A stretch of 63,126 nt of DNA, the filler included, from Octopus bimaculoides (lineage: Eukaryota): the NCBI RefSeq assembly GCF_001194135.2. It is 7 parts of 6 records of this genome, joined end to end, with 100 filler letters (N's around TTAATTAATTAA, not from the genome) between each part and the next. Parts side by side here need not be neighbours in the genome. Positions count along the whole stretch, not along the records: positions 1 to 19,522 come from NC_068997.1; positions 19,623 to 40,361 come from NC_068983.1; 5 more parts are not named here. One strand, written 5' to 3'. Shown here one piece after another: positions 14,715-27,765 of this stretch. How positions within the stretch are numbered: the stretch's first letter is position 1; the number at the start of each line of letters is the position of its first letter. Both the position numbers and the translations under genes were made by a program. Below the pieces are notes generated by a model that saw only the letters and a program-made list of their open reading frames with translations, was not told the DNA's origin and ran no database searches.

Positions 14715-15060
14715 CCATACATACACACACACATATACATACATACATACATACATACATGCATGCATACATACATACATACATACATACATGCATACAT
14801 GCATGCATACATACATACATGCATGCATACATACATACATACATACATACATACATACATACATACATACATGCATACATACATACATACATACATACAT
14901 GCATACATGCATGCATACATACATACATACATACATACATACATACATACATGCATACATACATACATACATACATACATGCATACATGCATGCATACAT
15001 ACATACATACATACATACATACATACATGCATACATACATACATACATACATGCATACAT
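14715..15060. repeat. (TACA)n with TGCA variants and an 80-bp higher-order duplication
   Basis: 14871-14950 and 14951-15030 are near identical. Confidence 0.9.
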
Positions 15061-15154
15061 AAGGCATGGCAAATAAGCGGATCCATATATGAGTGTGCAT
15101 ATGTACGTTTATGTAAGCGTTCGTATTTTGAAGCTGAGAAAGTGAGGAAGAAGG

Positions 15155-15330
15155 AAAGGTTGTGTGGTAAAAAGTTTGCTTCCCAACTACATGGTTCTGA
15201 GTTCAGTCCCACTGCATGACACCTATTACACCCCTCCGGGCCGACCGACGTCTTGAGAGTAGATTTGGTAGACGGAAACTAGAAGAAGCCGTCGTGTATG
15301 TATGTGTGTGTTTGTGTGTTTGTCTGTCTT
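15155..15330 (+). mobile_element. SINE family A, 5' half
   Basis: Homology to other copies in the window. Confidence 0.8.
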
Positions 15331-15529
15331 TCTTTATCCTTCAACAGCACTTTGTGTTCAGGCTGCATTATCGAACAAATTCTAATTTGTTCTATTTCTT
15401 TTTAAAGATGCGATTAAGGGAGATTTAGCTACTATTTCTAACAGATTAATCAACCACTATGAGATACCGCCCAGAAAGAACATTTAATAGAGCGCCAGAT
15501 TAAATAATGGCTTCCATTTTTAAAATCAT

Positions 15530-15750
15530 TTAGGAAGGCGAGCTAGCAGAATCGTTAGCACGCCGGACAAAATGCTTAGCGGCTTTGCGTACGTCTTTAA
15601 ACGTTTCGAGTTCAAATTCCGCCGAAGTCGAGTTTGCCTTTTATCCTTTCGGGGACGATAGAATAAGTACCAGTTAAGAACTGGGGTCGGTGTAATTGAC
15701 TTACCCCTCCCATGAGATTGCTGGTCTTGTGCCAAAATTTGAAACAAATG
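15530..15750 (+). mobile_element. SINE family B, full length
   Basis: Homology to family copies. Confidence 0.9.
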
Positions 15751-16189
15751 TTAAACATGAGTTTCATCATCCTGTGTTCTGAGTTGAAGTCTTATCACTT
15801 AGAAAGCTTGGTAAGCATCGACGCTAGAATAAGTACCAGTAATAAACTGAGGTCGTTTCTCCCTTTCTCCAGCATATTTGTGCCTTTAAGTATTGAAGAT
15901 ACGCGGTTTCCGAAATAAATAGATACCAGTTATATTATCGGGTAAATATCAGCGATAAAACAAAGAAAAAAAACCTTGTACTAATCTTTATGCCACTTGC
16001 CTGCGTTAACATAGGTATATGATAGGAACGAAGGGAAATAAGTAAGCATGAAATTAGAGAGAGGGTGGAAGAGATAGATAGATAGAGGGTTAGTAAGAGA
16101 GGGAGGAGCTCAAAGAAAATAGAAAGATGTATATACACTAATGTTTATGAAAGTAAGAGAGAAAGCAGTTGTAAACACACACACATAAT

Positions 16190-16396
16190 ATCCTTTCTGT
16201 TATAGGCAAAAGGCTTCAAGCTTTTTGTGGGAAGGTGGCCTAGTCGATTACATCGACTCCAGAAATTCACTGGTACTTAATTTATCGGCCTCGAAAGGGT
16301 GAAAGCCAAAGTCGATCTCGGCGGAATTTGAACTCAGAACGTAGCGTCAGGCGAAATACCGCCAAGCATTTCGTCCGGCGTGCTAACGATTCTGCC
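16190..16396 (-). mobile_element. SINE family B, full length
   Basis: Homology to family copies. Confidence 0.85.
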
Positions 16397-16474
16397 ACAC
16401 AAATACACACACAAACATACACACACACACACACACACACATACACACACACATACACAAAGGATACGTAAAGA

Positions 16475-16620
16475 CAGTAATCACTCGCCATATCGCGGTT
16501 CACTTATCGCGCCCTCAGTACATCGCGGATTTTTCTGGCTAATATATGTAAATTTATACCGCGGACTCCTCAGTATATCACAGGTCACGGCGGCCGATGG
16601 GTATTTATATTTTTTTAGAT
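16475..16620 (+). mobile_element. Tigger/pogo-like transposon terminus
   Basis: CAGTAATCACTCGCCATATCGCGGTTCACTTATCGCG resembles pogo/Tigger terminal sequence with repeated ATCGCGG motifs; other end not found. Confidence 0.5.
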
Positions 16621-16849
16621 TTTAATTATTTTTGTGGTAAAATAAGCATTTTCACACCTAAAAACTAATAAATTAATAAATAAGAATACAGTACCGCACT
16701 GTATAACTCATTGATTAAAATTATTAATAGAAAATGCTTAGTGTACCGTAGATAAATAAACAAAGAATCGCACATGGTGTATAGCAGACGAAACTCGGCA
16801 GGCGAGTGTGTGGTGTTATTTACATTTATATAATAAAATATATATACTC

Positions 16850-17035
16850 TTTCACTTGCTTCAGTCGTTTGACTGCGGCCATGCTGTAGCACCGCCGTTA
16901 GTCGACCCCAGGACTTATTCTTTGGAAGCCTAGTACTTATTCTATCGGTCCTTTTTGCCGAACGGCTAAGTTACGGGGAGGTAAACACACCAGCATCGGT
17001 TGTCAAGCGAAGTTGGGGGGGGGGGTGACAAACAC
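16850..17035 (-). mobile_element. SINE family A, 3' half
   Basis: TTCAGTCGTTTGACTGCGGCCATGCTG... family tail. Confidence 0.85.
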
Positions 17036-17044
17036 AGTACTAGA

Positions 17045-17150
17045 CTTAATAAGTAAGCCCTGGGATCAATTTGTTCGAATAAAGCCCTTCAAGGCGTTGC
17101 TCCAGCATGGTCGCTCTCAACTAACTGAATCTAGCAAAAGAGTAAAAGAA
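17045..17150 (+). mobile_element. SINE family A tail fragment
   Basis: AGGCGTTGCTCCAGCATGGTCGC...AAAAGAGTAAAAG. Confidence 0.7.
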
Positions 17151-17290
17151 TAATAAGAATATACATACAGACGGGCGCGAGTAAGCGCGCAAACTCACGC
17201 ACGCGCGCACACATACACACACATATATATGCATTGTGTTTGTAGGGAGAGGGAGTGTAAAGAGAGAGACAGACAGACAGAGACAGAGAC

Positions 17291-17346
<56 letters not shown>

Positions 17347-17636
17347 TGGCAAAAAGAAAGGCTACTAGAAATGGGATAAGAGAAACATTGAAGAAAAAGA
17401 GCAGTAGAACCTAGAAGAAGGAGGGAACAAAATCAAATAAAAAGTGGGAGTGGCCTCTACACCAATGAAAAAAGGGGCCAGACGACTGACAGAGCCCCTA
17501 AATAACGTTGGATGGGTATTTAATAGAACCAAGTAGATTTTCTTATGAAATATTGTTTTGGCGCTCAAGTTTGATGGATGGGAATAAGATGAGAAGAGAA
17601 ACAGTGATGTCTCTTACTTTCACTTTCGAGCACACA

Positions 17637-17671
<35 letters not shown>

Positions 17672-17769
17672 TCTCCGTATCTCTCTCACCCTCTCTTTCA
17701 CCCCCTCTCTCTCTCTCTCTCTTTCTAATTGTTGTTGTTTAGTCTCAGTTCAGCTATGATTAAGAAGAT

Positions 17770-17935
17770 GTATATTCTTTTCTACTCTAGGCACAAGGTC
17801 CGAAATTTTTGGGGGAAGTGGGCCAGTTTGATTAGATCGACCCCAGTACGCAACTGGTACTTAATTTATTGATCCCCGAAATGATGAAAGGCAAAGTCGA
17901 CCTCGGCGGAATTTGAATTCAGGACGTAAAGAATT
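17770..17935 (-). mobile_element. SINE family B, 3' part
   Basis: Homology to family copies. Confidence 0.85.
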
Positions 17936-18444
17936 TGAACACAAGCGTAAAGACCGTCTTAAGAAAAAGATAGAACGTTTCAAAAATTTGAGTGTCATCC
18001 TTGCGTACAGAAGTCACGCTCATCTTCTCTTTATTATTCCAATTTTAGAATATGTACACCCGAAGCTAGTATATATTCATTTATTCTGATTCAGGCCAGC
18101 CCTGATTCAGAAGAATGAAATAGATATTCTTCATTCTCGTATCTATATAGAGACAATTGTATGTTGCTTCATTAAGAAACTAATTCTGTTTTTCATCAAG
18201 TCTTCATGTGAGCTGCACAACAAGGAAACTTAATTTGAGACGCTTGAAAAATTTCGTGTCTATCATATTCAATCGTTGTGTTAAAAATGAACATTACAGT
18301 ATCACACAAATTGAATTACATATAAGTACAAACAACCTTATGTCCCACCAAAGCGAACCACTATTCCTCAAATGGGTTTGAAATAAATATTTTAATAATG
18401 CATGTAAATGGTAAATCTGCTACAATAAATATATTCTGTAAAGT

Positions 18445-18622
18445 GGCCAGCTGGACGAAATGCTTAGCGGTACTTCGTCTGAGTTCAAATTCCGCTGAGG
18501 TCGACTTTGCCTTTCATCCTTTTGGGGTCGATAAATAATATACCAGTTGCGTACTGGGGTCGATCTAATCGACTGCCCCCCCTCTCCCACAATTTATGGT
18601 CTTGTGCCTAGAGGAGAAAAGA
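18445..18622 (+). mobile_element. SINE family B
   Basis: Homology to family copies. Confidence 0.85.
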
Positions 18623-18698
18623 ATATATCGTATTGTATTTATCTACTGCTTATCCGCCTCTCTTTTTGTATGTATGTATCTATCTATCTATCTATCTA

Positions 18699-18744
<46 letters not shown>

Positions 18745-19003
18745 TATTCATACGCACACATATATATACGGAGTGAGAGGCAGAGAGAAATAGATAGTCG
18801 TATAGATACATACATACATATATGTGTGTGGTGTGTGTATATACGTGTTTGTGCCTGAGTGCATGTACGTAACTATATTACTATCTAACTATCGATCTAT
18901 CATTCCATTTGACTACCGATCTGATCTATCTACCAAACCCTCTAACCATATATATACATACGGGGAGAGAAAGAGATACGGACTGACAAACATATAGATA
19001 GAC

Positions 19004-19079
<76 letters not shown>

Positions 19080-19276
19080 GGATGGATAGACAGACAGTCG
19101 TAAGTATGTATGAATGTATCTACACAATTATCTACGTGCAAGCTATCTATCAACCTATCTACACTTATCTCTAAGCATCAATAAATCTGTTCACCTCCCC
19201 CATTTATTTGCCTGTCCCTTACTTTCTATATATTTATCTTTACATCTAACCATCATTCTTTCTCTCTCTTTGTCCC

Positions 19277-19310
<34 letters not shown>

Positions 19311-19522
19311 CATCTGTCTATATACCTAGCTAGCTATCTATTAATCTATCTCCCGGTCGGTCAGTCTGTCAGTCTGTCTGTCAATCTGTCAATAAATTTT
19401 CCGTCTATTTATCTGTACATCTCTATTCATCCGACTATTTTGGGGTTTCCACTGTTCTTTACTTGCTACCTATTATCTTCTCTGAATTACTCTTGTCATG
19501 CCTTCAACTTTCTGTTCATCCC

Positions 19523-19622
19523 NNNNNNNNNNNNNNNNNNNNNNNNNNNNNNNNNNNNNNNNNNNNTTAATTAATTAANNNNNNNNNNNNNNNNNNNNNN
19601 NNNNNNNNNNNNNNNNNNNNNN
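19523..19622. other. Artificial scaffold spacer N44-TTAATTAATTAA-N44 (100 bp)
   Basis: Exactly 44 N + TTAATTAATTAA (stop codons in all six frames) + 44 N; identical at six places in the window. Confidence 0.95.
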
Positions 19623-19855
19623 TATGTATGTGTGTGTATGTTTGTGTGTCTGTGTTTGTCCCCCCAAAATCGCTTGACAACCGATGCTGGTGTGTTTACG
19701 TCCCCAAAACTTAACGGATCGGCAAAAAAAAAACTGATAGAATAAGTACTAGGCTTACAAAGAATAAGTCCTGGGGTCGATTAGCTCGACTAAAAGGCGG
19801 TGCTCCAGCATGGCCATAGTCAAATGACTGAAACAAGTAAAAGAGTAAAAGAGAA
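19623..19855 (+). mobile_element. SINE family A, 3' half, CpG-intact
   Basis: Close to family consensus; ends AAACAAGTAAAAGAGTAAAAGAG. Confidence 0.9.
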
Positions 19856-21297
19856 GATATATATATATACACACACACGTTTAGGCTAGTTACTGCAGTA
19901 TTTGTCCAGATACAACACCTCTCATGGACTTGGTATGTTATAAACACAATAAACATCAGAGAGAAACAAAAATTCCTACTAGCAACCAATGATAAACTGA
20001 AACTAGCAAAACTATATATGTATGCATATGTGTGCGTGTGTGTGTTTGCGTGCGCGTGTGCGGATGTGTGCGTGTGTGTGTATATGTGTGTATGTGTTTC
20101 TGTGTATATGTATGAATGAGGAGAGATTGTATGAGGGAGAAATGAAAGGACATAAAGACAAAATGAAACATTGAGATATATTGAAGGACTAAGACAGACA
20201 GAAATAGAATGAACGGCTAATACACAGCTAAGAGAGTCGTGCACTTCATTGTTACGCCATTTTTTTTTTAGAAAGTTCATTGAATTTCAAAGGAAGTCTC
20301 TCGCTCGGTTGCACAACAACATTAACAAAGAAGAAATTGTTGGACCAACTGATGCACACAAGTCTTTATAATCCTGTTAAGATGATCTTGTAATGTGTGG
20401 ATTGTGGCAGTGATGGCGATGGTGATAGTGGTGTTGACAGTGTTGTTGAAGAAGGTTTTGACTATGATGGTGACAGTGTTGTTTTGTTTACCTCAGTTCA
20501 GCTTTACTGAAGCAGAGCTATTATGAAAGGCATTCCAGCCATGACCATCCCGTCTTTATCCTTGATGCAGACAATTTATGGAAGTTATATTTTAGAATAA
20601 TGTAGTGTTATATCCAGAGAGATTTGGCTGCTATTTCGCACAGGTCAACACACATAGAAGACACAAAAAAGTAAGCAAACGACTTACAAACGTACATTAA
20701 TCACAGATTCTATATTTGGTCAACAGAAAGCAACATAAATTGTATACAAACAATACTTCAGAAACATGAAGGATTATGGCAGAACTGTCTGAAAACTAAT
20801 CACCCCACAAGCGACCACAAGCTTCAAATTCATAACAGGTCTGTATTGTGCCTGCAATGTGTGTTGTAATGTCGTGGAGGAGTTGTATTTAATTTCTAGT
20901 ATTGTTACTTTCTTTATGTATGTTATATGTTTATACTGTTGAGTGAGAGGTTTGGATGTATTTGGCGTTCTATGGCGTTATTGATATAAAGGGAGACAAT
21001 AGATTTGGTAGGCACTTGTATCTGTTGCTGTGGAGTCAGGTTTGTTGGTAATTTATGTGGGGTTGAATTAATTATACCCACTCCTTCCTTCCCCAAATGC
21101 CAATCATCTGTGGTACCCATTTTGCTCTTGTCTTTCCTGCACGTGAAGAATTGCTATAGCCTAAAAGGAACATAACGGCACCAATCTCACAGTCTCAGAG
21201 GCTACTAGAGTTTCATTCTCTCAGACACATCGAGTGAAAGAAAAACAAAAATAAAACAGCTGAATTCAATTTCTGCTGAAATTAGTATAGCTTAGTG

Positions 21298-21625
21298 CAG
21301 CGGTTTCCAACCTTATACCATCGAAACCCATTTTTAATATTCCACATTTTTTAAAAAACTATTCTTTTGGAATATACTAACATCTGTTACTTTTCTTACC
21401 ATTTGATACATTTCTTGGAGAAATGTTACTCAGATTTTGTTTGCTGCAAATGTATGCTGAGGCCTTACGTTCATTTCACAGGAATGGCAATATGGCTTAT
21501 TTCATAAAATATTGTGTAACGTATATATGATCATGTTACATTTTATCAAATATTTCAAGTAAAATATTTTGTCTCAGCGGCCCTTTCAGAGTTACTCTGC
21601 AATCCATAAGTTGAAAATATCTTGA
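21298..21625 (+). mobile_element. Possible degraded hAT (Charlie-like) MITE
   Basis: Starts CAGCGGTTTCCAACC; weak complementary end AAGTTGAAAATATCTTG. Confidence 0.3.
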
Positions 21626-21711
21626 AAGAAACGACCTCTTTCAAAGTATCTCACCCCCAAAATACGCTAGAAATATTTCAATAGCACCTCAATAACTCAA
21701 TGACTATACTC

Positions 21712-21918
21712 TTTTTTACTCTCGGCACATTTTTGGGGAGGGGGGGGGCAGTCGATTACATCGACCACCAGCACGCAACTGGTACTTAATTTATTGACCC
21801 CCAAAAGGATGAAAGGTACAGTCGACCTCGTCGGAATATGAACTCAGAACGTAAAGACAGACGAAATACCGCTAAGCATTTCGGCCGGCGTGCTAACGTT
21901 TCTGCCAGTTCGCCGCCT
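21712..21918 (-). mobile_element. SINE family B, full length
   Basis: Homology to family copies. Confidence 0.9.
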
Positions 21919-22338
21919 TCAACTCAATGGCTATACTTGGAATCATTGTATCACTTCTACTCATTCAACTATATTTAGAAGATCACAGTTCCTNNNNNNN
22001 NNNNNNNNNNNNNNNNNNNNNNNNNNNNNNNNNNNNNNNNNNNNNNNNNNNNNNNNNNNNNNNNNNNNNNNNNNNNNNNNNNNNNNNNNNNNNNNNNNNN
22101 NNNNNNNNNNNNNNNNNNNNNNNNNNNNNNNNNNNNNNNNNNNNNNNNNNNNNNNNNNNNNNNNNNNNNNNNNNNNNNNNNNNNNNNNNNNNNNNNNNNN
22201 NNNNNNNNNNNNNNNNNNNNNNNNNNNNNNNNNNNNNNNNNNNNNNNNNNNNNNNNNNNNNNNNNNNNNNNNNNNNNNNNNNNNNNNNNNNNNNNNNNNN
22301 NNNNNNNNNNNNNNNNNNNNNNNNNNNNNNNNNNNNNN

Positions 22339-22377
<39 letters not shown>

Positions 22378-23909
22378 TGGATACACCCCCCCCCCATACA
22401 CACATATATAAGGTAGTTGAAACGCTTTAGGATACACGAGTGTTTCATTTTGATCAGAGTGTTTCGGTGCTGAAGCTGTATAGATTAGTCATCTGGTATA
22501 CTAACAGTGAGAGACTGTTCTATCGATGATGTGACGTGCCTATAATCAACAATAACATAAGGAAGTCGCCAACCGGTAATTAGTACATCTTTCTTGGCGT
22601 TTAGTAATTTTCTGTGTTTGCGGCTTGTTTTTTATCCGGATATCTCATGAAATTCATTTCAAAATTAATAGCACCCCCACCCACCTCTTTAGAATATATA
22701 TATATATGGCTGTATAGCGGGCAAATATCTATATAATTAATGATATATGCACATAAACACACTCAGACACATACGTTTATAATGAATGTGCCAATATGTA
22801 TACAACATACAACCTACATATATACATACGTTAAACTCATAAAATACCTCAGCTCCCCTATATACAATGTCCATAAATTTCCCGTAAAGAGGTCGGTCGG
22901 TTTTGAAGAAGTAAAACGAATGTCCCTATGTCAAGTAACATCGACAGAAAAGGAAGGTTAACATGAAGATCGACCGTTTAATACTGAAGTATATTTGAAA
23001 ATAGAAAAAGAACAAAAAAAAAAACAATGAAAATACATGTAAAATGCAATAAATTGGTGAGAGTAATGATTTTTATTTTATTTCGATTTATCGACATGTT
23101 GAAATTACTGACTTACAAGAATTAACCAATAATTAAAGCAATTCAATAACATTTTAAAAAAAAGGTAACGTTTATAAATATGATGTTGAAATTTTCTAGA
23201 AGATCTATTTAATGATCCAAGCAGCGTTTTACAACAACGGTCTGACTTTTATTGCTTAATAGCTACAATAAAAACTGTCGGCTGGCAATTGTGTAAAATT
23301 GATAATGGCGATATTGATGATGGCAATGATGATGATGACTACGACGATGATGATGACGATGATGATGACAGGCTGAAAGTAAATTTAATGATATATGCAG
23401 TTCCTAGACGAAAGGATATCAGACTGTGATATTAACAGGATGCAGTTGAATACTCACCCTGCCACATACACACAGAGACATTGAAGTATGTGTGAAGCTT
23501 TTTAAAAGGAAGCCATTTTTATAGACTGTGTTCACGAAAGGAACATGAAATGTATTTATATTTATAAGAAATTGAATACTAATCGAATTGATTAGCTGTC
23601 AACTATAGTATACAGAGTATTTAGGGACACATATTTGTCAGTTCTAATATATATAATTCCTGTCACATTTCCTTCAGCTATGACACCTGCAAGATTTAAT
23701 GTCGTAAATCTTACAATTACGACAAGAAAATAGATCTTGTGACATGAATGTTCCAAAGAGAACAGTAATAACGTTTAATGTCACATATCTGTCAACTTTG
23801 ACATCATCTAGACAACATTTCACACAACACAGCAAATATAACACTTCATCCTACATAACGTGGTTCCAGCTTTGAAGTTGATCTCTCTCTCTCTCTCTCC
23901 CTATCTCTC

Positions 23910-23940
<31 letters not shown>

Positions 23941-24168
23941 AGCAAATACGCACTAGTCAAGTAAAATGCAGGCAACAAAAATAGTGCAGCTAGCTCTCAC
24001 AAACTGTATGCCTATGCATGTATCTTTGTGCATGGGTTTGTGTGAACATATCTGTTTAAGAGATTTCAGTGGATAGATGTATATACTAACATACATTAGC
24101 GCTGCTCTAACAAATACACGCACATACATGCACAAACATATACATGTATACGTGAATGCTTGTATGTA

Positions 24169-24215
<47 letters not shown>

Positions 24216-25559
24216 ATGTATGTATACGTTTATGTATGCATTTATGTATCTATGCATATATATGTGTCTACCTGCGAATCTGTACAAATGTATACGTGTA
24301 CATGTATATGATTGTTAAAACATGAAAAATACAGCCAAGCATCTCTATAAAAGTTGTAGCCATCAATTTAGAAAATAAGTTACACGGTTTGCCGTTTGGC
24401 ATCAGGCCTCAGATCAGGCTATTACTCGACATTAATAATCATAATTCCTTTATTAGCTACAAAAATCCAAGATGCTAGAGACAGTACAGGGACTAAACAC
24501 AAAACAGTAAATTATAATATAATATCAACAAAAAAAAAAAAGTCCTCTGGAAGGAGCACCAAGAATAACTCTGTAGCGGGTGGCAAAGCTCGTACAAATT
24601 CCCTATTTGCTCTGACGCATCAAAAGACTCAAAAGGGTTCTTTTCTAGCTATTTGTCTACTATTTACAGCCGCAAAATCAAAGTAAGTTCTTTCAACCTT
24701 CCCAGTCATGTTCATCTCATCCACCTTTTGTGTAACATTACAACATAATGTCTCCCATTTCACACTCAATTTTCTCCTCCCAGCGGCGTCAACACTTCTT
24801 AGTTCAAACAACTGGGAGTGCATCCAGACTAATGTCCGTTGTATTAGAGAACTTCGAAGTCTGTAGTGGACATGTCTAGCAAGTAGCAATAAAATTGTCC
24901 GAGCCAAGCGATTTTCATCATCAACATTCCACCAACCCTATACATCGGTTTAACACGTCTTCCACTTCGACTTCTGAGATACATTTTTGGAGGCATTCTT
25001 CATCTTCGGTCACGTTTTGCGGATGACTATCGCTCTTCGAGAATTGTTTGACAAAATTTACCTGAAAAGTCGCGCACAACTACTTGGAATTGGACTATGA
25101 GCTGCGGTCTGTCAGAGATCGAAATATTTGTTTTGTTGCTACACTGCACTTTGAGAACCATGTCCACCGAAAAAATATTTATGTCATCACGTCTCAGTGC
25201 ACGCGCTGTAACACAAATAAGATATCCGTCATGTTTTGCAATGTTTTTTTTCTATGTACCTCTGCTAATTGATTGACTAACTTTACCGTTAATTTGATGT
25301 TCTCTATCGCTACTCATTTGCTAAAGTGTAGCGGCTGACACTCTATTTTTTAACCACGTACATGCTAAATCCATAAATGATTCGCTAAATCGGTTTCTGA
25401 AATTCCCCCCTCCCCTCCTTGGTGTGGGGGTCCTGTCCCTGATCCCATCCGCTCACACTCTCCGAGACAGAAATATTCGAAGATGCGGTAAATATTTTGA
25501 GATATATAACATCAGGAACCGAAGTGGCATTATTGTCCGATATAAAATGGGATTATTGC

Positions 25560-27090
25560 AAAATACCATTAGGTCCCAGAGAAGTTAGTAGCAGAATGTG
25601 TAGTACGCGTTCTTCGACCCCCACCAAAGAATGTGACAGCAATACCTAGCAGCAATAGTAATACTTTTACGTTGGCTGATTTCGATTAGCTGTAGACTAA
25701 TCATTAATGTCGTTCCAGTAACACCATGAATGTCAATCAAGGAAACAAGTTCCACCTTCTTGTCGAACTTTCAAAAACAGCAGAATAGCCTGTCTTCTTG
25801 TCTGCAGTGAGTTTGAGTTCATTGTCATTGACACATGCTATCAATATGTCAACAGTGTGTTATACCACTTTCAAAATCTCTGTTGTTCAATTATTGATTT
25901 CAGTGTATTTAGGTTGAGGGTGGCCGTGTTTTAATGTTCTTGTCTATTTATATCCTCGATGAAAACTGTATTATATATCTCGAAGATCATGAAATAAACT
26001 TGAACTTTACAATGTGTGGAATGAACTCGTGGAAAGAAGCATTTATGTTGACAGGTGTGAACAGGATACTGTATTCCAATAGCACAATCAAAACTTGTGA
26101 TAAATTAGCTTTCAATAGTAACACCTTTGTGCCATCGTGTCTTTATCTCCGTTGTTTGTGGTTCCATGACGGAACTCTCCCGGCTGCGACATTTAATGCA
26201 CACATCAATTTTGATCTCTAATTCAATGAATTCGTCACATATGTTTGCAAATGTGTCAGTTAGCAATACTGAACAGCTCGTTCTCTTTGCGTGGGTATGA
26301 CGGATCCTAATGTACGACAATGTTTTTGCGAAAGGATTACACTGACACAGTTTGAAAAGTCCATAAGTGTTGTGTAGCTTGGTCTCTGTGTTCATTGTTC
26401 TACAGTTTCTTGACTGAAATAAACCTGTTGGTTGTTTTTTTAAATGAACAAGTTGTTGTCTGCTGGAGTATCTTCATGAATGAGAAAGATAGAAAACTAC
26501 CTAAAAAGCTTAATTGTTGTTCCGCTGGAGTTTAGTGTCTTCATCACTGCTGTTTTTCTTTGTCAGAACAAACACTGCAAACATTTCAGATAACTGACGT
26601 ATTTGCAAACATATCTGACGAATTTATCGAATTGCAGAACTCAAAATTGATAAGTGTATTTAATGTCGCCGTCGGGAGTGGACAGCAGGGAACTATCAAA
26701 CTTTTGTAAATTTCATGCTGTCAGCCAAGGTTAAGAAACTTCAAACTTCTGGTTCTGTTCTTCTGTAAAACGAATAACCGACTTCACTTGTTTTGGCCTA
26801 CTTGATAGATGGAAAGCATTTAGTGCATTTGGTAATACTCTTATAAAGTGAACTTTCGCTGTGGTCACAACATGGACCGTGAACGACTTGAGCTTTAGCA
26901 ATATTGAAGGGTACTTTCTTCTTGCGAGGGTCTGAGCACTGAGATATGATGTAATCAATTTGCTTGGAAAAGATTTTATCTGTTAAACAGATCAAAATAT
27001 GAGCGTGTCATTAACGATTGATATACCATCTTTCAGAAGTTGTAACATAAAGCCTTTTCTTTGGTGGTGACCGTAATACGAAGTCGCATC
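25560..27090 (-). pseudogene. Helitron Rep-helicase relic (frameshifted, internally deleted, interrupted by a foldback insert)
   Basis: Collinear motifs on minus strand: HAHILICL (HUH, about 27007-26984), IDYIIS..DP...QVVHGPC...KCTKCFP, GYSFYRR (about 26785-26765), TLLTY..., degenerate helicase Walker A region IDIHGVTGTTLMISLQLIEISQRKSITIAA and GIAVTFFGGGR..THS (about 25740-25590). Confidence 0.85.
26178..26677. mobile_element. MITE/foldback element nested in the Helitron relic
   Basis: Inverted arms 26178-26262 and 26591-26677, about 85 bp, roughly 75-80% identical by eye. Confidence 0.65.
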
Positions 27091-27229
27091 TAGAAACTGA
27101 CTTAAGAATAAATTAATTAAAATCAGTTGATTCGTCTATTTCTAAGTGATGTGCGTATGAGTATAATCAGCAGCAGTTCGATTTTGAATAAGTCTTCTGA
27201 TAGAAAAAAAGAATTTAGCGCGAGCACGC

Positions 27230-27260
27230 GGGTTAATGAGAGAGAGAGAGAGAGAGAGAT

Positions 27261-27317
<57 letters not shown>

Positions 27318-27476
27318 CACACACATTAAAGGTAGCAACGCTTTCGGTCAGATGCAGGGAAATGGAGAATGGTAGTATAAGACAGATGTTCAGCACTGTG
27401 GTGGCAGCGGATAGTTGCGACAGCTTTATATAAAAGAAATAGAAGTTGGACATACACTCACGAATTTCCTCCAATA

Positions 27477-27524
<48 letters not shown>

Positions 27525-27685
27525 GTGCGTAGGTGTGTTTGTTTGTGTATGTGTTTGTGCGTGTGTATGGATGTATGTATATAATATGATTTTCATCTAA
27601 TACATTTTTGAAATGTTGAGATAAATGTATTGCGAGACGAAGTTGAATTTCGAAACGTAAGGGTACAGTTGTTTCACTCGGTTTA

Positions 27686-27745
<60 letters not shown>

Positions 27746-27765
27746 GTCTGTCTGTCTGTCTGTAT
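27230..27765. repeat. (GA)n, (GT)n, (TATC)n/(TGTC)n cluster
   Basis: Direct inspection. Confidence 0.9.
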
